Positions 9,778-19,878 of a DNA stretch of 64,000 nt are shown here, in pieces. The stretch covers positions 2,912,001-2,976,000 of the forward strand of contig CBDDDZ010000005.1 of NCBI GenBank assembly GCA_965226795.1, read 5' to 3'. Numbering within the stretch: position 1 is the first letter of the stretch; every line of letters begins with the position of its first letter. The notes below the pieces were generated by a model that worked only from the letters and a program-made list of their open reading frames with translations, had not been told where the DNA came from and made no database searches. This stretch comes from Candidatus Latescibacterota bacterium. GTDB lineage: Bacteria > Latescibacterota > UBA2968 > GCA-2709665. Position numbers and translations under genes: made by a program.

Positions 9778-12240
9778 ATGAAATACGTTCTGGCTTTCGC
9801 GGTTGCATTCGTCCTGGGGACGTCCGGCGAGAACCATGCCCGGTCGACCGACACCCTTCAGGCGCCGGTTGAAGCGCTTTACAGCGAGGGCATGCGGCTT
9901 TTCGAAGCGGAAGACCTGGACGCCGCACTGGCGACATTCAGGAAAGCGCTGGGTATCAATAAGAAACATGCACCGTCGCTGGTCGGCATGGGCCACGTGT
10001 ATTTGAAGCGCGGCGACCTGGATGCGGCCGAAGACGCGTTTATGGATGCCAGGCGCAGGCAACGGAAATTCGCGCCCGCTCACAATGGGTTGGGGTTGGT
10101 GTATATGCGGAAGAAAAAGGGGTTGCAGTGGGCAATCAGATATTTCCAGGATGCGATTTCCGCGGATCGAACGTCCTCCGAAGCGTATTACAATCTGGCC
10201 GCGACGTACCGACGAATTGGAGACACCAAAGAACTGATGGCCTACAAACGGCTCGCGAGAATCGCACCGGAACATTGGGATGTCTGGTTTCGTATCGGTT
10301 GCATCTACAAAAATGGAGAATCGGGAGAATACGTCCAGAACGAAAAGGCGGAAGCGGCCTTTCGGAGGCAACTCGAGGTCAACCCCGATCACGCGGAGGC
10401 ACGGCTGAATCTGGGAAAAGTATTGAGGGAACAGGACAGAACGGAAGAGGCCGTACCGCTTCTGAAACCACTTGTGGAGTCGCGCAATCCTCATCAGCAG
10501 CGGTCGCTGTTGGCGCTGGCAGAAGTCTACTTGAAGCAACGTGAATACGACCGGGCCGACGTCCTGTTCGACCGGTATCTGGAAGGCGTGGGGGCGGATA
10601 CGCAGGCCGTATATTACGACTTGCGCAAAGTCGCGGAGGAGGAGCAGGAGAGGTTCGATTCTGCGCCCGCGGCGGAGTGGAAAGCGCTTTGCGAGAAGTA
10701 CTGGGCGGGGCGGGACCCTGCCCCCGCAACGGCCGCAAATGAGCGAAAGCTGGAGCATTATCGGCGCGTGGCCTACTCGTTGGAGTATTTCGGACGGGAC
10801 CGGTTCCCATGGGACGTGCGCGGCGACGTCTATGTCCGGTACGGCCGTCCCGCCCATGTGAGCAGTTCCGGAAATATCCGATTCGAAACGGATCCGAAGG
10901 CGATAAGGATCAAGGAACGGATCGCGCTTCAGGCCGGCGATGCGGTATCCCAGATGCTCAGGGTGCGAAACAGCGAAACGACTTCCTTCGGTGGAAGGGT
11001 GGGAGGGATCGGACAGGCTGATGTTTTAGGGCCTATCAGCGAGACTCTGCGCGAGACGGAGGCGGCGGGGATCACCCGGACGGCGGACGGCGGCTACCGG
11101 GAGGTCCCGCTAGGCGACGGCTCCGGGGATCTCTCCGGCAAGCTGCGGATGGCGTCGAGCATTCTGGGCTGGCCGGTGTATCCGGTTTACGGCAAGGTGT
11201 GGGAATACTGGATTTACACGGACGTGGGACCTGGAATGGAGATTACGTTCACCCGCACGTTGGGACAGACGACTTTCAAATTCGCCGATATGCCGAGCGG
11301 CAAGGGCGGACACTCCCGCCACCTTTTTACGTGGCAGCGCATGAATCCGAAATTGCAGCTTGACCAGGTGGGGCGTCGCGTGCCCGTACTCTACCGGTCC
11401 GCGTTCGCCACAGGACCGCTGGCTTATTTTTTCGACTCGGCGGCGTTCAAGGGGGCGCAGGACGCCACAAATCTTGAGGTGTACTATGGAATTCCCGTGT
11501 GGGAGCTATCCTTCTCGCCGGGGCCCGACAGAAAACCCGCAACCCGACTGAAAAAGGGGGTGGCGCTCTACAACGAGTCGAATGAGCGGGTGCTTCGGAG
11601 AGACGGCGAATTTGAGCTGTTTTCCGATGTGCCGGCGGATACGGCCCGAAAAGCCTACGTACCGGAGATGTTCCGTGTTGCTGCGCCACCCGGCCGATAC
11701 CGGTTGTCCGTCCAGGTCCTGGAAATCGATACGGGCAGATCGCAGGTCTACGAGCAACAGGTCGTGTTGCCGCCATATCCCAGGGGATATTTAAGGCTGA
11801 GTGGCATTCAACTGGCCGCGTCAATCCGTCCGGCGGACAGTGATCGATTCCGCAAGGGGGACATCCAGGTCGTTCCCAATCCCACGCGGGCGTTTGAACG
11901 AGGGCAATCGGTTTTCATTTATTATGAAGTGTACAATCTGAAGCGAGACGAACTCGGAACCACGCGGTTCCGGGTGTCCTACGAAATGCGGTCGGCGTTG
12001 AGCGAATCGGTGGGCGCCCGTATTCTGGGCGGAATCGGAAAGCTGCTGATCGTTCGGCAACACAATCAGGCGTCGATTTCGATCGAGTACGCCCATATTG
12101 GCAGTCGTGAAGACGACCAGGGATACGTGGAGTTGGACATGGCCGCTTCCGATCCGGGAGAAAAGTTCCTGACGGTGACCGTAACGGATCAGGTGTCAGG
12201 ACAGACAACGACGGGAACCACGAGATTGAGTATCAGATAG
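9778..12240 (+). CDS. Secreted TPR-repeat / GWxTD-domain protein
   Basis: Signal peptide, multiple TPRs, YWAGRDPAPATAANERKLEHYRRVAY..F and WDVRGDVYVRYGRP (GWxTD-type core), Ig-like C-terminus. Confidence 0.8.
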   Translation: MKYVLAFAVAFVLGTSGENHARSTDTLQAPVEALYSEGMRLFEAEDLDAALATFRKALGINKKHAPSLVGMGHVYLKRGDLDAAEDAFMDARRRQRKFAPAHNGLGLVYMRKKKGLQWAIRYFQDAISADRTSSEAYYNLAATYRRIGDTKELMAYKRLARIAPEHWDVWFRIGCIYKNGESGEYVQNEKAEAAFRRQLEVNPDHAEARLNLGKVLREQDRTEEAVPLLKPLVESRNPHQQRSLLALAEVYLKQREYDRADVLFDRYLEGVGADTQAVYYDLRKVAEEEQERFDSAPAAEWKALCEKYWAGRDPAPATAANERKLEHYRRVAYSLEYFGRDRFPWDVRGDVYVRYGRPAHVSSSGNIRFETDPKAIRIKERIALQAGDAVSQMLRVRNSETTSFGGRVGGIGQADVLGPISETLRETEAAGITRTADGGYREVPLGDGSGDLSGKLRMASSILGWPVYPVYGKVWEYWIYTDVGPGMEITFTRTLGQTTFKFADMPSGKGGHSRHLFTWQRMNPKLQLDQVGRRVPVLYRSAFATGPLAYFFDSAAFKGAQDATNLEVYYGIPVWELSFSPGPDRKPATRLKKGVALYNESNERVLRRDGEFELFSDVPADTARKAYVPEMFRVAAPPGRYRLSVQVLEIDTGRSQVYEQQVVLPPYPRGYLRLSGIQLAASIRPADSDRFRKGDIQVVPNPTRAFERGQSVFIYYEVYNLKRDELGTTRFRVSYEMRSALSESVGARILGGIGKLLIVRQHNQASISIEYAHIGSREDDQGYVELDMAASDPGEKFLTVTVTDQVSGQTTTGTTRLSIR

Positions 12241-12340
12241 ACGGCTCGTGGCAATGGAAGCTGCGTGCAGCGGCGAATGCGGAGAACCCGGCAAGGTCGG
12301 TAAATTCCGGCACGTAAACAGGGTTTGTGGGGAGCGATCC

Positions 12341-14626
12341 ATGAACGGATACCCGCCAGCCTGGCTGGCTCTGGCATTTGTTCTGTCGGCTTGTGCGGGA
12401 GAAGAGGCCGTGGTTACCGTTTCCGGCGCCGTGGCGCGTCCCGGACGGTATGCCCACAGGCCCGAATGGACCGCCGACGATTACGTAGAGGCCGCCGGCG
12501 GATATACGGCGGAAGCTGTCGCGTCCGAAGGAAAGTTGATCCGGGTGCGGCGGGACAGCGTAACCAACGAGGAAGCGAACCGGTCGTGGTGGCCTCTGGC
12601 ATCGTCGCCCCTTGTCAGGGCGGGGGATGTGATCCTCGTCCCGTTTCGGACGTACGCGGTGCGGATGGATACGGTATGGCCCCTGGAAGACCTGACCCTT
12701 CGCTGGCAGGATAGGGAATATCGGGTTCCGAGAGGATGGCTGGCCGAAGGCCGGACCAGCGCGGGGGTGATGGTTGCCGCCGTGATTGGAGAAGGCACGG
12801 TGGTCGGAAACGAAAGCGGCGATACGCTGGGCAGATTTCAGTATCTATATCTTCACTTGCATCCCGCCGTATATGACGAACTGGCCATGCCCGTCGGAAG
12901 TCCCGATGAGAACAGCCTTCTTCTGGAGGATGCCCTGGGTATCCATCAGAGTATTTTTTCCAGAGTCCTGCACCGGTCCGGCGAACGCGCAGAAATGCCC
13001 CCGGAGGGGTATTTTCGGGTCATTGCAGGCGTGTGGCCAAAACCCCGAAGCAAGACCATGCCCGGTTCGGGCATTCGTAAGCGAAAATACAGAGACGGTC
13101 GCGAGTGGACCACGTTTCCGGATGGCAGGCAACGCATGGTGTTCCCCGACGGACGCGTGGAAATGGAATTGCCCGACGGGTCGCGTGAAAAACGCCTTGC
13201 CGACGGCAGGGTCGAGGCGACAGATCTGAAGGGAGACGTGCTGGTGACGCATCCCGACGGAAGAATCGCCGCCACATTTGCGGACGGAAACCGGGAAGAG
13301 CGGTTTGCCGACGGGCGCATCGTGCAACGCTTCAAGACCGGAACAAAGCGTACGATTTTTCCGGATGGCAGGGAGCAAACGCGATTTGCGGACGGCACTC
13401 TGCATGTCAAACGCAAAGACGGAACCGTGGAGATGACCTTTCCCGAGGGGATGAGGGAAACGCGACATGCGGACGGGCGGAGGGTGGCCGTGACCAGAGA
13501 AGGACACCGGGTGACGGTGTTCCCGAACGGACGACGTCTGACCCGGACAGTGGACGGTACGGTACTCGAAGAATTCGCGGACGGGCGGCGCGTGCAACGG
13601 GGCCCGGACGGCGAGCGGGTGGAGGTGTTTATAGACGGGACCAGGCGAACGGTCTTGAAGGATGGCTCCACGGTGATCCGGAAACCGGACGGCTCCCGCG
13701 TGGAGCATCACGTGGATGGCATGGTAATGGAGATATTTCCGGGTGGGCGCAAGGTACAATCCGGCGCGGACGGCGTCCGGCTGGAGACGTTTCCGGACGG
13801 CCGGGAGGTACAGACCGACGATCAGGGCAACCGGCTGGAGACGTTTCCGGACGGCCGGCGTTCTCAAAGCGACGCCGAAGGCAACCACGTTGAGGAGTTT
13901 CCGGATGGGACGCAGGTCAAAACATTCGTCAACGCCTACAGGTACTGGGGACCGTTAGAGAGCAATCTGGTGGAGGTCGACGACACGCCGGAGCGGCTGC
14001 CTCCAGGGGTTCGTCTGCAGGTGGCTGGCGCCGTACGTTCCGATCTCGAAGGCATGCTGGCGGCGGTTTTCCGGTTACCCGATGGGAATGTTTTTGAAAT
14101 TCCCGTCGAACGTGAGAAAAAACGCTTTCACTGTGTGTTTCCGGACAGCGTTTTTGCGGCATCCGGGCATTACCGGGTGCAGGTCCGGGCGCAACTCACC
14201 CGCGGGTCCGTGGTGGCCGAAGACCGGCCGCTGGTCGTGGGGGATCCGCGACCGCTTGGGAAGATGGTCCTGACGGTTATGCCGTTTCGGGGCGCGGATG
14301 ATGCCCGAAACCGACTTTCACAGATGATTCATACGGCGCGCAGCCGTCTGGAGTTGCCGGTCCTCGAGGCGCACCCGAAACTGATGGAGTCCGCCCGGGC
14401 TAAACTTTGGGACGTGCTGTCGTCCGGCGCCTTCACGTGCGAGCGGGCACACGGGGGCGCGGAGAGTTTCGCCCGGGGTCCTTCCGTTGAGGAGGTATAT
14501 ACATTTATGATGCTGAGCGGAGCTCACAGAAAGGCCATTCTGAGTAAAGAATGGACGCACTGGGGCGTGTCCGTCCAACAGGACGGTGGGGACATCCTTG
14601 TGGTAATGGTTTTTGACACCACTTGA
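12341..14626 (+). CDS. Lipoprotein: SLBB domain + long (F)PDG beta-hairpin repeat array (Tcp10/CENP-J G-box-like) + C-terminal CAP-like domain
   Basis: Lipobox LSAC; VTVSGAVARPGRY...AAGG; about 30 xDG turns; SGAHRKAILSKEWTHWGVSV. Confidence 0.7.
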   Translation: MNGYPPAWLALAFVLSACAGEEAVVTVSGAVARPGRYAHRPEWTADDYVEAAGGYTAEAVASEGKLIRVRRDSVTNEEANRSWWPLASSPLVRAGDVILVPFRTYAVRMDTVWPLEDLTLRWQDREYRVPRGWLAEGRTSAGVMVAAVIGEGTVVGNESGDTLGRFQYLYLHLHPAVYDELAMPVGSPDENSLLLEDALGIHQSIFSRVLHRSGERAEMPPEGYFRVIAGVWPKPRSKTMPGSGIRKRKYRDGREWTTFPDGRQRMVFPDGRVEMELPDGSREKRLADGRVEATDLKGDVLVTHPDGRIAATFADGNREERFADGRIVQRFKTGTKRTIFPDGREQTRFADGTLHVKRKDGTVEMTFPEGMRETRHADGRRVAVTREGHRVTVFPNGRRLTRTVDGTVLEEFADGRRVQRGPDGERVEVFIDGTRRTVLKDGSTVIRKPDGSRVEHHVDGMVMEIFPGGRKVQSGADGVRLETFPDGREVQTDDQGNRLETFPDGRRSQSDAEGNHVEEFPDGTQVKTFVNAYRYWGPLESNLVEVDDTPERLPPGVRLQVAGAVRSDLEGMLAAVFRLPDGNVFEIPVEREKKRFHCVFPDSVFAASGHYRVQVRAQLTRGSVVAEDRPLVVGDPRPLGKMVLTVMPFRGADDARNRLSQMIHTARSRLELPVLEAHPKLMESARAKLWDVLSSGAFTCERAHGGAESFARGPSVEEVYTFMMLSGAHRKAILSKEWTHWGVSVQQDGGDILVVMVFDTT

Positions 14627-14656
14627 GAGGCATGGGGAGCGGAGGATGCAGATACC

Positions 14657-14688
14657 GAAAGGGCCGCCACGAATCTGGCGGCCCTTTC
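14657..14688. terminator. 13-bp stem-loop between convergent genes (probable bidirectional terminator)
   Basis: GAAAGGGCCGCCA-cgaatc-TGGCGGCCCTTTC. Confidence 0.65.
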
Positions 14689-14779
14689 CGGATTGAAATC
14701 GACTACCGCACCGGTCCTAATGTTCCGACCCCGGGCCGGACGGCGCCCGCACCCGTGTAGCAACGACGATGCGGACCCG

Positions 14780-15862
14780 TTATTTGCGTCCGTATTGCAG
14801 GATGAAGTCTTCCACCATTTCCCGGGCCTCTTCGTCGCTGAACTGCTCGGGCGGGGTCTTCATAAAGTAGGACGAGGGGCCCGGCAACGGCCCCTTCAGG
14901 CCGTGCTCGAGGCCCAGCTTGCAGCAACGAACGGCGTCGATAACCACGCCGGCGGAGTTGGGCGAGTCCCAGACTTCCAGCTTCAGTTCCAGGTTGAGCG
15001 GCACACCGCCAAAGGTTTCGCCCTCCATCCGGATGTGGCACCATTTCCTGTCTTCCAGCCACGGCACATGATCGCTCGGGCCGACGTGTACATTCTTCTC
15101 TCCCAGGTCGTAGTCCAGCTGGGAGGTAACGGCGTTGGTTTTGCTGATCTTTTTGGATTCGAGCCGGGAACGTTCCAGCATGTTGTAGAAGTCGGTATTC
15201 CCGCCAAAGTTCAGCTGGTACGTGCGCGTAAGCTTGACACCTCGTTCACGGAAGAGCCGGGTGAGTACCCGGTGGACGATGGTGGCGCCAACCTGTGATT
15301 TGATATCGTCTCCGATGATGGGAAGGCCGTGCTTTTCAAAGCGTTCGGGCCAATGACCCGCGCTCGCAATAAAGACGGGCACGCAGTTGACAAAACCACA
15401 ACCGGCCTGAAGAACCTGCTCGACGTACCACTTCGTGGCTTCTTCGCTGCCTACCGGGAGATAGTTGACAACCACGTCGGTTCCCGTGGCTTTCAGAACC
15501 TCCGCCACATCCACGGTACTGCCGTCCGCCTTCTTTATGACCTGGCTGAGATACCGGCCCAGGCCGTCGTGGGTCATGCCGCGCTGAACGGGCACGTCGA
15601 GGTGAGGAACATCCGAAAATTTGACGGTATTATTGGGGTCGGTGAAGATCGCCTCACTGAGGTCTTTGCCGACCTTGTTCCTGTCGATGTCGAACGCGGC
15701 GGAGAATTCGATGTCGCTGACGTGATACCCGCCCAGATCGGGATGCATCAGGCCGGGTATGAAGCTGTCTTTCTTAACATCTCTATAATATTGGACGCCC
15801 TGTACGAGAGACGATGCGCAGTTGCCGACGCCGACGATGGCAACCCGGACTTTTCTGACCAT
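14780..15862 (-). CDS. ino1: myo-Inositol-1-phosphate synthase
   Basis: [67 protein letters not shown]. Confidence 0.96.
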   Translation of the reverse strand: MVRKVRVAIVGVGNCASSLVQGVQYYRDVKKDSFIPGLMHPDLGGYHVSDIEFSAAFDIDRNKVGKDLSEAIFTDPNNTVKFSDVPHLDVPVQRGMTHDGLGRYLSQVIKKADGSTVDVAEVLKATGTDVVVNYLPVGSEEATKWYVEQVLQAGCGFVNCVPVFIASAGHWPERFEKHGLPIIGDDIKSQVGATIVHRVLTRLFRERGVKLTRTYQLNFGGNTDFYNMLERSRLESKKISKTNAVTSQLDYDLGEKNVHVGPSDHVPWLEDRKWCHIRMEGETFGGVPLNLELKLEVWDSPNSAGVVIDAVRCCKLGLEHGLKGPLPGPSSYFMKTPPEQFSDEEAREMVEDFILQYGRK

Positions 15863-15967
15863 TGAAAGACTCCTTAGAGGGTTGAAAACCTGCCGTAATG
15901 AAATTAAACGGAGCTTAAAGATAGGAACATTTATATATTTGACAAATGAATAATTACTATATTATTT

Positions 15968-15982
15968 ATAGATTATTTTTAT
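15968..15982. promoter_or_regulatory. Putative LysR box in the AT-rich divergent intergenic region
   Basis: ATAG-N7-TTAT (T-N11-A) between ino1 and the LysR gene; a TTGACA lies nearby at about 15939. Confidence 0.45.
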
Positions 15983-16133
15983 AGGTCTTGCGTCGGCGCG
16001 TTCGGGGCACAATTCCGTTCGGGCCGCGGTGCCGAAACCTCGGAACGGCAGTCGGCCACAGCCGCCACACGTTCAATCCCTGCCGGGGCCGCGCCGGTAC
16101 CACCGCGTTTCGCTCGTGTCCAAGGGGGCGTTT

Positions 16134-17057
16134 ATGAACCTGCAGCACCTGAAATATTTCCTGGCCGTGGCCCGCGCAAACAGCTTCAGCAGGGCCGCGC
16201 GAGAACTGCACGTGACACAGCCCACCGTCAGCACCGGGGTGGCGGACCTGGAGCGCGCGCTGGGGATCCGCCTTTTCAACCGGGGCAGCCGCCACGTGGG
16301 CCTGACAATGGAGGGTAGAACGCTGGTGAATTACGGCATGCAGATCCAGGATCTGGTTGAATCGACTGAAGATCGGCTGAAGCGCCGCGACGTCCTCCCG
16401 GGCGAAGGATTTCAGTTCGGGGCGATCGACGCCGCCGTGACCTACCTGCTGCCGGAAATCCTGAAGGCATATATGCGGGATTGTCCGGATGTAGCGCTTT
16501 CCGTACAGGTGGCGCCTTCCAGGTACCTGGTTGAGGATCTGCTTATGAACCGTTCTGAATTCGCCGTAATTTCGCTTCCGTTCACCCATCCGAAATTGAA
16601 AACGGTTTCCATTTATGGAGATTCCATGCCCCTGGTCGCGGGGGCGTCGCATCGGTTTTCCCGGCGTCCCTCCGTTGGCCTGCAGGAAGTCGCTGAGGAA
16701 CCCCTTATCCTGTTTCACGCCGATTCCGTGTCACGAAAAATCGTAGACGAACGGTTCGCGGAGGCCGGTGTGTCCCCCGGCGTGGTTATGGAAATGCGAA
16801 GCCCCGAGGCCATGCGGAAACTGGTTGAGGTAGGCGTGGGAATTTCTTTCCTGCCACACCTGGCCGTGCGGGACTCTCTGACGTCGGGAGCGCTGGTGAC
16901 CGTACCGGTGAAGGGAGTACAATTCAGCCGCGAAATCGGCGTGGCGTGGCGCGAGGGACGCTATTTCGGCCCTGCCATCCGGCACCTGCTGGACGCCATT
17001 TATGAACGGTTCGGGATAGCAGTGGGCGGGAGGCACGGCGACCAGACGGATGTCTAA
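16134..17057 (+). CDS. LysR-family transcriptional regulator
   Basis: MNLQHLKYFLAVA..SFSRAARELHVTQPTVS..LE..LG..LFNR HTH plus substrate-binding domain. Confidence 0.95.
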   Translation: MNLQHLKYFLAVARANSFSRAARELHVTQPTVSTGVADLERALGIRLFNRGSRHVGLTMEGRTLVNYGMQIQDLVESTEDRLKRRDVLPGEGFQFGAIDAAVTYLLPEILKAYMRDCPDVALSVQVAPSRYLVEDLLMNRSEFAVISLPFTHPKLKTVSIYGDSMPLVAGASHRFSRRPSVGLQEVAEEPLILFHADSVSRKIVDERFAEAGVSPGVVMEMRSPEAMRKLVEVGVGISFLPHLAVRDSLTSGALVTVPVKGVQFSREIGVAWREGRYFGPAIRHLLDAIYERFGIAVGGRHGDQTDV

Positions 17058-18226
17058 ATCTTTACTGTAATGACGTCCGTCGCCTTCAGTGCCTGTTCAA
17101 TCAGCGGGGAGAGTTCGAGTTTCGGTTCGATCGCATGAACCGTCTTCAGATCGGCGCGGGTCTCCGGATGTTTGGGCACAAAGACCGTGCAACAATCTTC
17201 ATAGGGCTCGATCGAGATATCGTAGGTCCCGATGCGCCGGGCGAGATCGATAATTTCCTCTTTGTTGTCGCCGCATAGTGGGCGCAGAAGGGGCAGCGGT
17301 GTCACTTCCTCGATGGCGCGCATGTTGGACAGGGTTTGCGAGGCGACCTGACCGATACTCTCGCCCGTAACGAGGGCCTGTGCGCCTTCTCGCTCGGCAA
17401 TGGTTTCGGCGATGCGCAACATCGCTCTGCGATAGAAAATCACCCGGTAACCGGGCGGCGCATGGGTCATCACGCGGCGCTGGATTTCAACGAACGGGAC
17501 CAGATACAGCGTCGATTGGTACTGGTACCGTGTCAGCACGCGGACGAGTTCCTCGGTATTGCGCTGGGAGCTTCGGTTGGTATACGGCTGGCTGTGAAAG
17601 TGTACGAATGAGAGCCGCACGCCGCGTTTCATCGTCTTGTATGAAGCAACCGGCGAGTCGATTCCGGAGGACAGCAGACTGACGGCACGCTCGTTGGCGC
17701 CGACGGGCAGACCGCCGGGCCCGGGTGTTTTCCCGGTGTAGATGAAGGTGCCCTGGTACGAAATTTCGATGAAACAGGTCAGGTCCGGGTCATCCAGCTT
17801 GACCCTTGCCCTGGAGAGGGTCTGGACATGGGCTCCGACGTCGCGGTTGATCTCCTCAGACGTGAGCGGGAAGTTCTTGTCGCCGCGACGGGCTGCAATC
17901 CTGAAAGAGCCGAATTCCACGTTCCGGACGACGTCCCACGCCTCCGCCCGTATGCGTTCGATGGAGTTGGGCACGCGAACGGCTTCGGAGAAATTCGCAA
18001 TCCCGAACACGCCGGCCAGGCGTTCCCGGATGGGTCCAAGATGTGCGTCCGGTGCGAGTTCCAGGGTAATGCGACCGGAAAGACGGCGGGCGGCGCCGTG
18101 TGGCAGGCCTTTCAACGCACGTGCGATATTTGTGAGCAGTTGCTGTTCGAACCGGCCGCGGTTCCTCCCCTTCAGGCCGATTTCGTGGTAGTGGATGAGG
18201 ACAACCCGTTCGGGCACGGCGTCCAT
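17054..18226 (-). CDS. thiI: tRNA 4-thiouridine synthase
   Basis: HYHEIGLKGRNR, THUMP domain, GGLPVG, LLSSGIDSPVA, TGESIGQVASQTL, EDCC. Confidence 0.95.
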   Translation of the reverse strand: MDAVPERVVLIHYHEIGLKGRNRGRFEQQLLTNIARALKGLPHGAARRLSGRITLELAPDAHLGPIRERLAGVFGIANFSEAVRVPNSIERIRAEAWDVVRNVEFGSFRIAARRGDKNFPLTSEEINRDVGAHVQTLSRARVKLDDPDLTCFIEISYQGTFIYTGKTPGPGGLPVGANERAVSLLSSGIDSPVASYKTMKRGVRLSFVHFHSQPYTNRSSQRNTEELVRVLTRYQYQSTLYLVPFVEIQRRVMTHAPPGYRVIFYRRAMLRIAETIAEREGAQALVTGESIGQVASQTLSNMRAIEEVTPLPLLRPLCGDNKEEIIDLARRIGTYDISIEPYEDCCTVFVPKHPETRADLKTVHAIEPKLELSPLIEQALKATDVITVKI

Positions 18227-18291
18227 AGCGTCTTTCCGAAGCGTCGTTCGCGGCGAAACAGGCCGGGATCGGTGCTTCCAGCGGTTGGCCG

Positions 18292-19401
18292 CTACATCGC
18301 TTTTAAAATGTGGTAGAGATTGTGCAGAAAGATCCGGTTGTCGCCGTCGACGTATACCATCTCTCCTCCCATGCGGCTGAATGACTTGCAGAATCTGAGA
18401 TAGTAGGCAGGGTTATCTTTCGGCGGTTCGCCCCTGGACCAATCCCAGGTCATGGGCGAAAGATCGTTGACAACGATAAATGGGCGCACAACGCACTTGT
18501 TTTCCTGAATTCGAAGATTGTTGGCCAGCGAAAGGGCTTTCTCAAAGACCTGCGGCGCCATGACGGCCGAACCTATTGAGAGAAACACGCCGCCATCCAG
18601 ATCGACTACACCCCGGGTAAAGACACGAAAGTCGATATCCGCACCGCGCCCGATGGCCGCACCGTTGGCGAGGTGGTGGTTGTGGATGATGTCGTAACCG
18701 ATGCCCGGATGTACCGTAAGCGCAACACCGAGGCTGTATGCCTGGGCCGTTAGCGACGTATCCTTAAACGGGTGTTCCACCCGGCAGCGGCCGGAAGGAA
18801 TGTCAAATCGAGTAACGACCTGCAGAAGGTCGGCGTACGCCGGCATGGCGGGCCAATCCGTGGGGTCGTGAACCCAACGGCGCAGACCGGATGCCAGTTC
18901 GCCGCGGGTAGGTATGTCGCAACCGTCGTCGGAGATGAATTTTCCGAGGGATTCGCCGTACCCCATGCCCTTTAGAGCGCCGGTGAGAACGGCCAGATGA
19001 ATGTAGCGACCCGTTTCCTCCCATGTGCCGAAACATCCCTGTGCGACGTTTGCCCGCACGTCTTCTTCGGAGCACCCCTGAAATGCGTATTCCCAGTCGT
19101 GAATGGTGCCGGCTCCGTTTGTGGCCAGATGGGTGATCCAACCTGCCTCCATCATGCGTACAACAACCGGCCCCAGGCCATTCTTGACCAGATGCGCGCC
19201 GTAGGCCAGCATGACGGAAGCACCCCGCCGCCTGGCACGGTGGATTTCTTCAGCAACTCGCCGGAGCCTGTCCACCAGCATCCCGGGGGCGGGAGCGGGT
19301 GTGTCCGGGTCAACCATGATCTCTTCGACCGAGAATTTGCTATGTCTTTCCGACAGGGGTCTGAGGACGACATCGCGGTGATCGATCTGTTGGTAGGGCA
19401 T
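18292..19401 (-). CDS. Hypothetical protein, deoxyhypusine-synthase-like fold
   Basis: YGAHLVKNGLGP, THLATNGAGTIHDWE, LTVHPGIGYDII, SIGSAVMAPQVFEKALS. Confidence 0.55.
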   Translation of the reverse strand: MPYQQIDHRDVVLRPLSERHSKFSVEEIMVDPDTPAPAPGMLVDRLRRVAEEIHRARRRGASVMLAYGAHLVKNGLGPVVVRMMEAGWITHLATNGAGTIHDWEYAFQGCSEEDVRANVAQGCFGTWEETGRYIHLAVLTGALKGMGYGESLGKFISDDGCDIPTRGELASGLRRWVHDPTDWPAMPAYADLLQVVTRFDIPSGRCRVEHPFKDTSLTAQAYSLGVALTVHPGIGYDIIHNHHLANGAAIGRGADIDFRVFTRGVVDLDGGVFLSIGSAVMAPQVFEKALSLANNLRIQENKCVVRPFIVVNDLSPMTWDWSRGEPPKDNPAYYLRFCKSFSRMGGEMVYVDGDNRIFLHNLYHILKAM

Positions 19402-19414
19402 ACAACCGGTTTCC

Positions 19415-19840
19415 CTATTCAGCCACCCAAACCCGTCTCAGCGGGACATCGGGAGATTGGCAGACGCCGCCGTAGATTGTCACGGCGGTTATTTTGTCGT
19501 TCCGAAACCGGCACAGGTGCACTTCGGTCGCTTCCAGACGTTTGCCATACAGCGCTTCGGGCAGTCCGGGAAGGGGCTGGTTTACAATGCCCTTATGGCG
19601 AAACTCCACAGCGACCATGTCGCCGCCGGCGATGACGTTGAGAATCTCGAGCCGCAGGTCTCGCTCTTCCTCGTGGCAGCCCCGCCAGAGCGCCACCATG
19701 TTATCCGCGCCGCGGATGTCCAGTCCGCCGCCAACCATGGTCGCGCCGTCGTCGTAGGTTTCCCGAAGGCGGTTCCAGTCCGAGGCAAATGCGGCTTCGA
19801 GGGACTCCCTGGCAATACGCGCGTTTTTCCTTGATGACAT
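19415..19840 (-). CDS. SnoaL/NTF2-like (ester cyclase) protein
   Basis: DLRLEILNVIAGGDMVAVEF...GKRLE...CRFRNDKI pattern. Confidence 0.75.
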   Translation of the reverse strand: MSSRKNARIARESLEAAFASDWNRLRETYDDGATMVGGGLDIRGADNMVALWRGCHEEERDLRLEILNVIAGGDMVAVEFRHKGIVNQPLPGLPEALYGKRLEATEVHLCRFRNDKITAVTIYGGVCQSPDVPLRRVWVAE

Positions 19841-19878
19841 TGGGAACACCTCCGGAATTTCAAATCCACGTTTTATTG

